DNA of 63,800 bases, the filler included, from Lama guanicoe (lineage: Eukaryota), in NCBI GenBank assembly GCA_013239625.1. It is 213 parts of 213 records of this genome, joined end to end, with 100 filler letters (N's around TTAATTAATTAA, not from the genome) between each part and the next. Parts side by side here need not be neighbours in the genome. Positions count along the whole stretch, not along the records: positions 48,901 to 49,100 come from PNXV01030106.1; positions 49,201 to 49,400 come from PNXV01030107.1; positions 49,501 to 49,700 come from PNXV01030108.1; positions 49,801 to 50,000 come from PNXV01030109.1; positions 50,101 to 50,300 come from PNXV01030110.1; positions 50,401 to 50,600 come from PNXV01030111.1; positions 50,701 to 50,900 come from PNXV01030112.1; positions 51,001 to 51,200 come from PNXV01030113.1; 205 more parts are not named here. One strand, 5' to 3'. The translations under genes were made by a program, and so were the position numbers. The notes under the pieces were generated by a model, which worked only from the letters and a program-made list of their open reading frames with translations, was not told the origin of the DNA and did no database searches. Of the stretch, positions 48,801-61,100 are shown piece after piece. Within the stretch, counting starts at the first letter, position 1, and the number at the start of each line of letters is the position of its first letter.

Positions 48801-51412
48801 NNNNNNNNNNNNNNNNNNNNNNNNNNNNNNNNNNNNNNNNNNNNTTAATTAATTAANNNNNNNNNNNNNNNNNNNNNNNNNNNNNNNNNNNNNNNNNNNN
48901 GCTCTGGCAGGGCCTGGGTAGCAAGGACTGCCACAAGGGAGGTCTTGAGTACTCTGTGGCTGAGGAACGCAGCTGGACCCCGGGCAGTCACGATGCGTGG
49001 CCATCGGGTTGGTCTGAGCGCGGACTGAGGCTTATAATCCAGAAGTCCCCCGATGTGGGGTCAGGTGGCAAGAAGGACAGAGAAAGACAAAACCAAGGGG
49101 NNNNNNNNNNNNNNNNNNNNNNNNNNNNNNNNNNNNNNNNNNNNTTAATTAATTAANNNNNNNNNNNNNNNNNNNNNNNNNNNNNNNNNNNNNNNNNNNN
49201 GGCTTATTCTCTGCTCACAAACTATATAAAATAACGATCATGTTCTTTCTCCAAAAGAAATATTTTGCATATTCTAACACTAATGCACAGAGCAAAAGTC
49301 TAAAGAAATGAAAATCATGAAGGAAAAAAACAAAAGAGTTGGAGGATGGAACCATGAAAACTAACATGCAAGTACTGGGATCCTAGAGGAAAACTAAGGA
49401 NNNNNNNNNNNNNNNNNNNNNNNNNNNNNNNNNNNNNNNNNNNNTTAATTAATTAANNNNNNNNNNNNNNNNNNNNNNNNNNNNNNNNNNNNNNNNNNNN
49501 GATGGCACATTCATGAGGACAGTCAAACATCTCACACACACACACACACATGCTTTTTTAAAAAAACTGCTTGCTGTTAAAACCAACTATTTGCAACTCT
49601 GCCAAACTTTAAAAGTAGAAAAAAAAGTGAGAAGAAATTTTGTGACTATGCTCACTTTTCTGGGAAACATATTCAAAGAACTGTGACCCTCAGAAAGTTG
49701 NNNNNNNNNNNNNNNNNNNNNNNNNNNNNNNNNNNNNNNNNNNNTTAATTAATTAANNNNNNNNNNNNNNNNNNNNNNNNNNNNNNNNNNNNNNNNNNNN
49801 GCTTATTACATTTATCAAATCGTGGCACAACAGTCACCATGACTCCAGCTCCTCTTTTTTCTATTCAATGTACATATGTGTCTCCACTGCCAGTCCCCTC
49901 CCCTTGCCAGTGCATCCTCTCTAGTATATTGAAAAATGTTCTTCCAATCCATATTTTATAGATTTATTTAGATATATGGCTCCTCTGAAACATTTATTTA
50001 NNNNNNNNNNNNNNNNNNNNNNNNNNNNNNNNNNNNNNNNNNNNTTAATTAATTAANNNNNNNNNNNNNNNNNNNNNNNNNNNNNNNNNNNNNNNNNNNN
50101 GAAAAAGTGGTATGAAATTTGTCTTTGTCTTTCATCAAAGTGATCAATGTTATCAACGCAGTGCTAAAAGTTGTACGGACCAGTCTCAACTCACTGACAA
50201 GCATTGTAAGGATGATAGAATTACCTAAGATTTCTTTTTCTGGAAGGCTGGGGTGAAGAATGAGCAACTGCTGATATGTATTTACTGTACCTGAATTAAT
50301 NNNNNNNNNNNNNNNNNNNNNNNNNNNNNNNNNNNNNNNNNNNNTTAATTAATTAANNNNNNNNNNNNNNNNNNNNNNNNNNNNNNNNNNNNNNNNNNNN
50401 CTTTTAAAATATATTTTTCAAATGAACATAACACTGAATAAAATCTAACATGTACGATAAATTGAAGAGAGTTTGCTTTCAAATTCATCTGACAACATCA
50501 GCGGTCCCTGAACTGTGATCAGGGCAGGGGTGTGATGGCGGTACGAACACGGCTACAGTCTTTGGTCTCAGCTTTACTGTTGATGTAAGATCGTGACTGG
50601 NNNNNNNNNNNNNNNNNNNNNNNNNNNNNNNNNNNNNNNNNNNNTTAATTAATTAANNNNNNNNNNNNNNNNNNNNNNNNNNNNNNNNNNNNNNNNNNNN
50701 TTACTTACAAGAATCCTCAGAGATAAGATTAAAGAGAATGAGAACCCCAATGTTCAAAACACAGTGGTTGATTTTTTTTTTTTTTCAAATTGGAGAATTT
50801 CAAATTCAGGTCTAAAATCTGAGTTTTAAGTAACCTTGTTTGAGAGGGGTGCTGTCTCCATTTCCTCATCTGCAGTATGGACATAACATTAGCACCTAAA
50901 NNNNNNNNNNNNNNNNNNNNNNNNNNNNNNNNNNNNNNNNNNNNTTAATTAATTAANNNNNNNNNNNNNNNNNNNNNNNNNNNNNNNNNNNNNNNNNNNN
51001 CGGTTGGCACAAGCTGCTACTTGGCCTCCAAGCCCAACCCCCAGCTTTCCCTCACAGCCCTGACGAGGGAAACACTCAGGGAATACAAGCTGAGTTATTC
51101 TACTAGAATGCAGGCGCTGCTGTCAGTTGGAGGAGGCTCCCCACATTAATTATACCTGAACAAGTCTTTGTGTGTGCGCTGTTGTTGGAGATACATAGTC
51201 NNNNNNNNNNNNNNNNNNNNNNNNNNNNNNNNNNNNNNNNNNNNTTAATTAATTAANNNNNNNNNNNNNNNNNNNNNNNNNNNNNNNNNNNNNNNNNNNN
51301 CAGACTCCTGAAAATACTACTTTTAATCAGGTTAAAGTGCTAAGAAATTTAAGCCTAGATCAGAGCAGGAAGAAGGGGCAGAAAAGCCTGAGACTTAATT
51401 TGTTTCTGATGT

Positions 51413-51431
51413 TGGCCTCCAGGGGGCGATG
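51413..51431 (+). promoter_or_regulatory. CTCF core motif
   Basis: TGGCCTCCAGGGGGCGATG versus consensus TGGCCACCAGGGGGCGCTA (16/19 matches). Confidence 0.65.
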
Positions 51432-51639
51432 TTGCATAAGCTGGAAATACGCCTCGAATGAAAGTTCCGCTTCCCTCCTAGGAGCTCCGTAAGTCACAGA
51501 NNNNNNNNNNNNNNNNNNNNNNNNNNNNNNNNNNNNNNNNNNNNTTAATTAATTAANNNNNNNNNNNNNNNNNNNNNNNNNNNNNNNNNNNNNNNNNNNN
51601 AGCCTCAGGCAGAGACCATTCTGACCTGGTGCCTCTGTG

Positions 51640-51800
51640 ACAGACGAACCAGGAGCGGAGTTCCCGCACAGAGCGGGGCAGGGCTTGCGCAGCCGTTCCC
51701 TCCGAGCCCGCCTACAGCGCAGGAGCAGCACTGATCACGGGAGGGACCCGCCCCGCCCACCTATCGTGCACGCGCGCTGCGTCAGGACGCAGCGTAGGGA
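51640..51800. promoter_or_regulatory. CpG-island/promoter-like fragment with GC box
   Basis: CpG dense; cccgccccgccc near 51747-51758. Confidence 0.6.
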
Positions 51801-52819
51801 NNNNNNNNNNNNNNNNNNNNNNNNNNNNNNNNNNNNNNNNNNNNTTAATTAATTAANNNNNNNNNNNNNNNNNNNNNNNNNNNNNNNNNNNNNNNNNNNN
51901 CTGTGTGCTCCTGTGGTGGTGCCCAGCCAGGGGCCCTCCCTGCTTCACCTCTGGGGAGCTCAGCCTGTGCCCTGTTTCACCCTGGCTTTGCAGTGGCTCT
52001 GTGCATCACGCTACCGCCCAGCCTGCCATGCCCCCTGCTGCTCCACACCCCGGTTCGGCTGACCTGCAATGCCACCAGAGTCCGCAGCCCCATGCTGATG
52101 NNNNNNNNNNNNNNNNNNNNNNNNNNNNNNNNNNNNNNNNNNNNTTAATTAATTAANNNNNNNNNNNNNNNNNNNNNNNNNNNNNNNNNNNNNNNNNNNN
52201 ATTTCTTTTTCTTGTGAGAGACCCTGTACATCCACTCCTCAGCTCTCAGTTTACTGTCTCTTTCCACAATAAAAGGATTTTCCAGCTATTATGTTACTCT
52301 CTTTCTCACTACACTCTTTGCATGTATAAGCTGCAGCAAGTAAGTTGGAGACCATAGAATGTTCTACTTTAAATAATTTGGAAATGTTACCCACTTTTAA
52401 NNNNNNNNNNNNNNNNNNNNNNNNNNNNNNNNNNNNNNNNNNNNTTAATTAATTAANNNNNNNNNNNNNNNNNNNNNNNNNNNNNNNNNNNNNNNNNNNN
52501 GGGATGAGTTGGAAGCCCTGAGTTCTGCCTGGCCCTTCCCCGTCCGCGCCGTGATTAGTGCAAGCAGTTGGCAGCTCCTGTAATTTATCGCCTTGCCTGT
52601 TTCAATAGGGAAGCTTGTTTTTTCCCCTCCACAGACTCTTTTGCTAAAATTAGTTGTTTCAAAACACAAAGATCAGGTTCGGGTACGCATATGTGAATTA
52701 NNNNNNNNNNNNNNNNNNNNNNNNNNNNNNNNNNNNNNNNNNNNTTAATTAATTAANNNNNNNNNNNNNNNNNNNNNNNNNNNNNNNNNNNNNNNNNNNN
52801 TGTGCCTGCTTTATGACTC

Positions 52820-53000
52820 AGCCTTTCCAAAGTGTATCTGGAAGACGCTGTCCCTCTGTGCCCAAGGAGACGTGAACAAGACTGCGCACCGCAGAAATGC
52901 TTTGTAAGAGGAAGATTTTTTGTAAAGGTGACAATCTAAACATCGCCAACAGGAGAATGTTTAAAACCTGCAATATATTTCCACAAGGGACTGTAACGCA
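52820..53000 (+). mobile_element. Old L1ME ORF2 3' remnant
   Basis: gtgcccaaggagacgtgaacaaga...acaatctaaacatcgccaacaggagaatg. Confidence 0.55.
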
Positions 53001-53100
53001 NNNNNNNNNNNNNNNNNNNNNNNNNNNNNNNNNNNNNNNNNNNNTTAATTAATTAANNNNNNNNNNNNNNNNNNNNNNNNNNNNNNNNNNNNNNNNNNNN

Positions 53101-53250
53101 CCGGGGACAAAGGGGATGTGAAGGGACAAACTGGAATCCAGATTTGGAGTCATTAACTACTATATATAAAATAAATAAGTTTCTTCCTTGTAGAACAGTT
53201 ACTATATTCTATATCTTGTAGAAACCTATAATGAAAAAAAGTATGATATC
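53101..53250 (+). mobile_element. Cetartiodactyl-type L1 3' UTR
   Basis: gaagggacaaactgg...actactatatataaaataaataag...atatcttgtagaaacctataatgaaaaaaagtatga. Confidence 0.8.
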
Positions 53251-53400
53251 AACAAAAACCACAAAAAATTCCATACCTAATAGGGAAAATTCAACTATTA
53301 NNNNNNNNNNNNNNNNNNNNNNNNNNNNNNNNNNNNNNNNNNNNTTAATTAATTAANNNNNNNNNNNNNNNNNNNNNNNNNNNNNNNNNNNNNNNNNNNN

Positions 53401-53560
53401 CCTTGAGCAAGATTTAAACTAGTCCAAGCCCCAGTTTACTCGCCTGTCAAATGGAGACAGTAATAGTATCTACTTCCTGAGGCTGTTGTGAGGATTAAAT
53501 GTTGTAATTAGGCCCATGCTTGACAGACTGAAAACACTAAATAAATGTTGCCTGTAATTA
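53401..53560 (+). mobile_element. MIR SINE
   Basis: ccttgagcaag...agccccagtttactcgcctgtcaaatggagacagtaatagtatctacttcctgaggctgttgtgaggattaaatg. Confidence 0.9.
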
Positions 53561-53751
53561 TCATGTGACCTGTGAACAGCTCTCACACCCTGGATCGTCT
53601 NNNNNNNNNNNNNNNNNNNNNNNNNNNNNNNNNNNNNNNNNNNNTTAATTAATTAANNNNNNNNNNNNNNNNNNNNNNNNNNNNNNNNNNNNNNNNNNNN
53701 TTGTTTAACACGCATAGCTTTTTTCAATCTATTGCTGGGAAAGAAAGGGAC

Positions 53752-53785
<34 letters not shown>
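53752..53785. repeat. (TAA)n microsatellite
   Basis: Direct reading of the sequence. Confidence 0.95.
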
Positions 53786-53786
<1 letters not shown>

Positions 53787-53814
53787 GAGCTTTTTTTAGA
53801 TCTAGGCAATGCCT

Positions 53815-53900
53815 TATTATTTTTTATTATTATTTTGGGAGGTAATTAGGCTTACTTATTTATTTATTTTTAGAGGAGGTAGTGGGAGTTGAACCCACGA
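53815..53900 (-). mobile_element. Camelid-type tRNA SINE 3' part
   Basis: tttgggaggtaattaggcttacttatttatttatttttagaggaggtagtgggagttgaaccca; homologous to 14552-14600. Confidence 0.8.
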
Positions 53901-55549
53901 NNNNNNNNNNNNNNNNNNNNNNNNNNNNNNNNNNNNNNNNNNNNTTAATTAATTAANNNNNNNNNNNNNNNNNNNNNNNNNNNNNNNNNNNNNNNNNNNN
54001 GACTTCAGCTCCATGGCTCTCTGAGATCATTCTTAGAATACTTTATTACGTTTTTGTTTTGTTTTGCTTATTTAAAAAATTGAAATTTGTTGCTTTTATT
54101 TAAATTGCTTCCTCTTTCTGAACCACTCTACTTACAATCTCTGGCACAGGCATATTTCTTAAAAATTCATGTAGAGGAAAAAATCAAGAAAAAAGAATGA
54201 NNNNNNNNNNNNNNNNNNNNNNNNNNNNNNNNNNNNNNNNNNNNTTAATTAATTAANNNNNNNNNNNNNNNNNNNNNNNNNNNNNNNNNNNNNNNNNNNN
54301 AGCTGAGAAAGGCATATTCCATGTAAGGAGCCTAACTATAGTACTGCATAGAGGTAGGTGGTCAAATCATTATTTCATAAGGCAGACAACCACAGTCAAG
54401 ATGGAGTGGAGAATTTTATTTTTGTCTGTTTAGTGTCTGAGTCTCTGATACGTGGTTGCGTTTTTGCTGGACTGGTACTGTGATATGATCTTAGGTGTGG
54501 NNNNNNNNNNNNNNNNNNNNNNNNNNNNNNNNNNNNNNNNNNNNTTAATTAATTAANNNNNNNNNNNNNNNNNNNNNNNNNNNNNNNNNNNNNNNNNNNN
54601 CCTTAGCAAATTTTTCCAACTCTCATTCTTCACTCTTTCTTTACTGTTCACACACCATTTGTTTCTAAAGCATGTTGTATGTAGGGAAATACCAAGGATT
54701 CATCATTGCCCCCTTTTGAAAAAGTAAGGCAACATTGGTCTGTCCTCAAGTTTCTAGTCCGTGTTTCACCTCTCCACATATTTCTCAAAGGACAATGCCT
54801 NNNNNNNNNNNNNNNNNNNNNNNNNNNNNNNNNNNNNNNNNNNNTTAATTAATTAANNNNNNNNNNNNNNNNNNNNNNNNNNNNNNNNNNNNNNNNNNNN
54901 CTGAGAAAAATACATGACTAAATATTCTAGAAAAGCAAGATATAAATCAGAATTGAACTCTCAATAGAGGAGAAGAGAAGGAGAAGAGGGAAAAAATACT
55001 GAGCAATGAAACACGAGGGGGGCGTGTGTGTGTGTGTATGTTCAATACAATAAATGTGTAATTTAAATGCTTGCAGTAGAAGCAACATACTTTAAGAAAC
55101 NNNNNNNNNNNNNNNNNNNNNNNNNNNNNNNNNNNNNNNNNNNNTTAATTAATTAANNNNNNNNNNNNNNNNNNNNNNNNNNNNNNNNNNNNNNNNNNNN
55201 TGTGAAGGGAGGTCTGAGACCCCAGCTAAGGGACAGAAGCAGCCCCCAGGGCTCAAAATGGCAGGCAGCCCCTCCCCCAGCAGGGGCCCTGACGTCAGCC
55301 CAGTTCTCTGTGGTTCCCTGTTGTGCTGGCTCCCCAGCCAGAGAGCGTTCTTCTAGGCCTGTCCCCACAAAACCCTTCTCTCCAAAATACAAGCACATCA
55401 NNNNNNNNNNNNNNNNNNNNNNNNNNNNNNNNNNNNNNNNNNNNTTAATTAATTAANNNNNNNNNNNNNNNNNNNNNNNNNNNNNNNNNNNNNNNNNNNN
55501 GTAGTAAGCACTTGGAGCTTAGGGACAGCTGGCATTTTGTAGCTAAGCA

Positions 55550-55700
55550 CAGTTAGGCCCACCCAAATAGCCCACAATAATCCTCCTTGCTGATTACTTG
55601 GTTAGCAAATAATTCTATCCATCTGCAGTCTTAATTCTTTTTCACCAGGCATCATAACACATTCACAAGTTCCAGGGATTAGAATACGGGCATCTTTGAG
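55550..55700 (-). mobile_element. MLT1 LTR (antisense 5' part)
   Basis: ttaggcccacccaaatagccc...aacacattcacaagttccagggattagaatacgggcatctttg. Confidence 0.8.
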
Positions 55701-56479
55701 NNNNNNNNNNNNNNNNNNNNNNNNNNNNNNNNNNNNNNNNNNNNTTAATTAATTAANNNNNNNNNNNNNNNNNNNNNNNNNNNNNNNNNNNNNNNNNNNN
55801 CTCAAATTTTTCAGCAGGAATTTTTCAGCAAATTGAATTGCAAGTTTACCTATAATCCAATGGACTTGGGGCAGTTCATGGCAGTCTTCACAGCAAACCT
55901 CTTGTCAACCATTAACGCTCAGCTGAAGCTCCACCTCCTCCCCGGGCAGACATCAGCCCGCTTCCCTTGCCTCCCATTACACCTTTTCAAAGGCCCTCTG
56001 NNNNNNNNNNNNNNNNNNNNNNNNNNNNNNNNNNNNNNNNNNNNTTAATTAATTAANNNNNNNNNNNNNNNNNNNNNNNNNNNNNNNNNNNNNNNNNNNN
56101 CAAAAGTTCTGTTTTTTTTTCCTTAAGGTTTGACATCTGTGCTTGCAGACTGAGGAGGCTGGGGACAGAGGATGGCACGTTTATCCTTGTTCTAGAAAGT
56201 TCTATGCTTTGATAGCAATTGTAATTGGAGGATCTGTGTTTGCCTCAGATAAACTGTGGGTTCTCTTTTATGAACAGGTTTTTGTATCCGAGCTTGACCC
56301 NNNNNNNNNNNNNNNNNNNNNNNNNNNNNNNNNNNNNNNNNNNNTTAATTAATTAANNNNNNNNNNNNNNNNNNNNNNNNNNNNNNNNNNNNNNNNNNNN
56401 TGTGGCTCATCCAAAAGGCAATATGTATTTAGTTACTTCTTATTTAAATTATTTTTTATTACCTAAAATAATTATTTTT

Positions 56480-56600
56480 CAAATGGTATTTTGGGCCTAT
56501 AAATATAAAAATGTAATGTGTATGACAATGTTATCATAAAGGACAGATGAGAATATGGAGCTATGTTGGAGTAAAGTTTTATATTTTACTGGAATTAAAC
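56480..56600 (+). mobile_element. Old L1M inter-ORF remnant
   Basis: tgtaatgtgtatgacaat...tggagctatgttggagtaaagttttatattttactggaattaa. Confidence 0.6.
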
Positions 56601-58800
56601 NNNNNNNNNNNNNNNNNNNNNNNNNNNNNNNNNNNNNNNNNNNNTTAATTAATTAANNNNNNNNNNNNNNNNNNNNNNNNNNNNNNNNNNNNNNNNNNNN
56701 TCTGCTGCAGGACAATCCCTGACCAGCAAAGACTAAAAGGGACTCAGAGATTCTTGATGTTACCTCCCCAAAGTCCAAGATCCAGTTGTCAAATCAACAC
56801 GTGGGAAAATAAATTTCGATGTGAAAACAGATCCATTGGCACTAAACTGAAATGACTCAATGTTGACATATGTTTAGGGAACATCAGACCCCTGGATGAG
56901 NNNNNNNNNNNNNNNNNNNNNNNNNNNNNNNNNNNNNNNNNNNNTTAATTAATTAANNNNNNNNNNNNNNNNNNNNNNNNNNNNNNNNNNNNNNNNNNNN
57001 GTCCATCTCATGTGACTCAACCCTGAATAATGTCTCTGTCTTCCATGTTCCTCAAAATATTGAAAAAAAAATCTGCTCTTCACAACTGTGTGGTGTCATT
57101 GTTGATGTAGGGAAATTAAGGAAGAGCAGTAAACAGAGAGTATAAAAAGAAATTGGAATTTACTATGTAATAAAGATACTACTTCAAATCAGTGGGAAAT
57201 NNNNNNNNNNNNNNNNNNNNNNNNNNNNNNNNNNNNNNNNNNNNTTAATTAATTAANNNNNNNNNNNNNNNNNNNNNNNNNNNNNNNNNNNNNNNNNNNN
57301 CTTGCGTAGAATGTTTTTGATCCTGTTCAGTGTTTAATCACATCATAACTATCCTTCACAGGCCATCTGAAATCTTCCTCTTCCCTCTGCTTATTTTCAG
57401 GAACTTTGATTAAGCACCAAGCAGGTGCTAGCGAATATGTCGGGCATGGAGTCACACAGATAAAAAGACGGTTCCTGGAATCGGGAAGAACATGTTGGAC
57501 NNNNNNNNNNNNNNNNNNNNNNNNNNNNNNNNNNNNNNNNNNNNTTAATTAATTAANNNNNNNNNNNNNNNNNNNNNNNNNNNNNNNNNNNNNNNNNNNN
57601 TACCATGGGCATCCCCAAAGGACCGCGCTGCCGCGGGACTGGTGATTACCCAGCAGTGGGATGTACAGCATGTTAGGTGCCACATTTAATTCTTTTTTTT
57701 TTTAATTTAGAAACAAAACATTTATTTAGAAACAAAATATTTAGAAATCCAAACATAAAAATCTGGATTTTGGCCTTCTCTTGAAACATCAGAAGCCTTT
57801 NNNNNNNNNNNNNNNNNNNNNNNNNNNNNNNNNNNNNNNNNNNNTTAATTAATTAANNNNNNNNNNNNNNNNNNNNNNNNNNNNNNNNNNNNNNNNNNNN
57901 TACTATGTTCTGAAGACATTACCTTTACCTCTAAGTAACTGAGTTTTTCCTGATGGCAATCTGAATTCCCAAATCTGTTAACTTCATGCATAGGAAACAC
58001 AAGATTCTCTGCAGTTCTGTTTTTTCTTCCCCACCCCACTGGGTCGTTTACGAGAGGAGCGGCTGATGCCACGTACCCTCGGCTGTCGCTTCTGAGCTCT
58101 NNNNNNNNNNNNNNNNNNNNNNNNNNNNNNNNNNNNNNNNNNNNTTAATTAATTAANNNNNNNNNNNNNNNNNNNNNNNNNNNNNNNNNNNNNNNNNNNN
58201 CAGAATTAAGTGCTTTACCGAGAAGCAGCAGCTTAGAGCAATCAGAAAAGTCAGTAAAATGATTAGATATAAAATGAATATAATACCTTTTATTTCTGAA
58301 ACGTTTCTACGTTAAGTTGTGTAGAGCTAAATTTAAGTTTCAAGCACCAGCAGTTAAGAATGTGGGTGGTTCTGTATGATCGTTATTCAGGGATGTGCCT
58401 NNNNNNNNNNNNNNNNNNNNNNNNNNNNNNNNNNNNNNNNNNNNTTAATTAATTAANNNNNNNNNNNNNNNNNNNNNNNNNNNNNNNNNNNNNNNNNNNN
58501 TTACAAAAATCACCACAAAAATCAGTCATAAATTAGCAGGGGAAATGTAGACAAATGCTTGTGTTTTTATATCATTCTTTTTTATACCTGCAGCACTTGA
58601 GGGAAAAAAATGTGAAAAAAAATGAGTCCATTTTATTACACTCCTAGATCGTGCTACTGATTCTAGTGGGATCAGAGTTAATAAACCTCTGAGATGGAAG
58701 NNNNNNNNNNNNNNNNNNNNNNNNNNNNNNNNNNNNNNNNNNNNTTAATTAATTAANNNNNNNNNNNNNNNNNNNNNNNNNNNNNNNNNNNNNNNNNNNN

Positions 58801-59000
58801 CTAGAAGACAGATTAGTGGAAATCACTACTTCAGAACAGAAAAAAGAATGGAAAGAAATGAGGGTAGTTTAAGAGAACTCATGCACAACATGAAGCACAC
58901 TAATATTAGCATTATAGGGGTCCCAGAAAGAGAAGAGAGAGAGAAAGGACTTGAGAAATTTTTTGGAGAGATAATCACTGAAAACTTCCCCAACTTGGGA
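58801..59000 (+). mobile_element. L1 ORF1p coding fragment
   Basis: LEDRLVEITTSEQKK, a frameshift, then MERNEGSLRELMHNMKHTNISIIGVPEREEREKGLEKFFGEIITENFPNLG with the hallmark IGVPE and ENFPNL motifs. Confidence 0.96.
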
Positions 59001-60900
59001 NNNNNNNNNNNNNNNNNNNNNNNNNNNNNNNNNNNNNNNNNNNNTTAATTAATTAANNNNNNNNNNNNNNNNNNNNNNNNNNNNNNNNNNNNNNNNNNNN
59101 AAATCCAGATAAATAACTTTGAGATCCATTGGTTGAATATCCATTCCAAGTAAAATGAGAAAGAATTTCTATGCTGTTGATGTATTATAATTTTTTCAAG
59201 GTATTAGCCTTAAATAGAACAATCTTATTCTCACTTTGAAACTAGGAAGAATAAGATGACTTGTGAATGGATTAGTGAAAGGACACTTTCTTCTACTACT
59301 NNNNNNNNNNNNNNNNNNNNNNNNNNNNNNNNNNNNNNNNNNNNTTAATTAATTAANNNNNNNNNNNNNNNNNNNNNNNNNNNNNNNNNNNNNNNNNNNN
59401 AATTATAAAGGAGCTCTGAGAAGCTGTGCAAAATGAAAGGTTTTTAAAAACAGAAAGGGAGAAAGACAAGGAAGTCATCAAAAAAAGAGAAAGGAATATT
59501 TTAGGCTCGGCTACCCTCTTTGGGAGGAGTGCAGGAGGCAGGTATCTATTAGGTGGGTTGTCTCACCAGTGCCAGGCAGGAAACCCCAGACTGACTAGTT
59601 NNNNNNNNNNNNNNNNNNNNNNNNNNNNNNNNNNNNNNNNNNNNTTAATTAATTAANNNNNNNNNNNNNNNNNNNNNNNNNNNNNNNNNNNNNNNNNNNN
59701 AATTATAAAGGAGCTCTGAGAAGCTGTGCAAAATGAAAGGTTTTTAAAAGCAGAAAGGGAGAAAGACAAGGAAGTCATCAAAAAAAGAGAAAGGACTATT
59801 TTAGGCTCGGCTACCCTCGTTGGGAGGAGTGGAGGAGGCAGGTATCTATTGGGTGGGTTGTCTCACCAGTGCCAGGCAGGAAACCCCAGACTGACTAGTT
59901 NNNNNNNNNNNNNNNNNNNNNNNNNNNNNNNNNNNNNNNNNNNNTTAATTAATTAANNNNNNNNNNNNNNNNNNNNNNNNNNNNNNNNNNNNNNNNNNNN
60001 CACTGAATGTAGCAGCTGAGGGGTTAGGCTGGAGTGGCGGGAACAGAAGGACAAGTAAACAGCAACCCTTTATCAGGGACAGTAAGTCCTTCATATAAGG
60101 AACGTGGAGAGCATGAGGTTAGACAACAGTGGGGGAGTTTGTAGTTAGGATGGGGGTGGAGTAAGGGTGGAATTTAGGTAGTCAGAAAAGAGCTGAGTGT
60201 NNNNNNNNNNNNNNNNNNNNNNNNNNNNNNNNNNNNNNNNNNNNTTAATTAATTAANNNNNNNNNNNNNNNNNNNNNNNNNNNNNNNNNNNNNNNNNNNN
60301 CAGGTTTTCCATGTAAATTTTAGACAGCAATATAGTCTCTGGTCAATCCACCAGCTATCTTCACACAAGATGTGTGAAAGAACATCAGAACAAATTATTT
60401 GTACGTAAGTGTATCAGAGGAACGCAGGTTAACACCCCAAATCATGAAGGTAATTTTCACTAAGACGTATTTTACAGGGCACTTTGTGAACATATGAATC
60501 NNNNNNNNNNNNNNNNNNNNNNNNNNNNNNNNNNNNNNNNNNNNTTAATTAATTAANNNNNNNNNNNNNNNNNNNNNNNNNNNNNNNNNNNNNNNNNNNN
60601 CAGGTTTTCCATGTAAATTTTAGACAGCAATATAGTCTCTGGTCAATCCGCCAGTTATCTTCACACAAGATGTGTGAAAGAACATAAGAACAAATTATTT
60701 GTACATAAGTGTATCAGAGGAACACAGGTTAACACCCCGAATCATGAAGGCAATTTTCACTAAGACGTATTTTACAGGGCACTTTGTGAACATATGAATC
60801 NNNNNNNNNNNNNNNNNNNNNNNNNNNNNNNNNNNNNNNNNNNNTTAATTAATTAANNNNNNNNNNNNNNNNNNNNNNNNNNNNNNNNNNNNNNNNNNNN

Positions 60901-61100
60901 ACACCATATAGAATATAGAATAAAGTGTATAGAACCCAGAATTTAGAAGTTGGAATGCAGAACACAGAATCTAGAATATAGAATACAGAGTAATGAATAT
61001 AGGAGTTAGATTATAGAATGTATAACACAGTATATAGAATATAGATTACGAAATGCAGAATAAAGTGTGTAGAATATGGAATGAAGAACTCTTAAGTAGA
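60901..61100. repeat. Degenerate heptamer tandem repeat (TAGAATA)n
   Basis: AGAA/TAGAAT recurs with about 7-bp periodicity across the contig. Confidence 0.85.

Noticed and set aside
50101..50290. Minus-strand open frame as a coding exon
   Set aside because: No recognisable family, and cag|gtacag could be either donor or acceptor; an open frame of this length can occur by chance.
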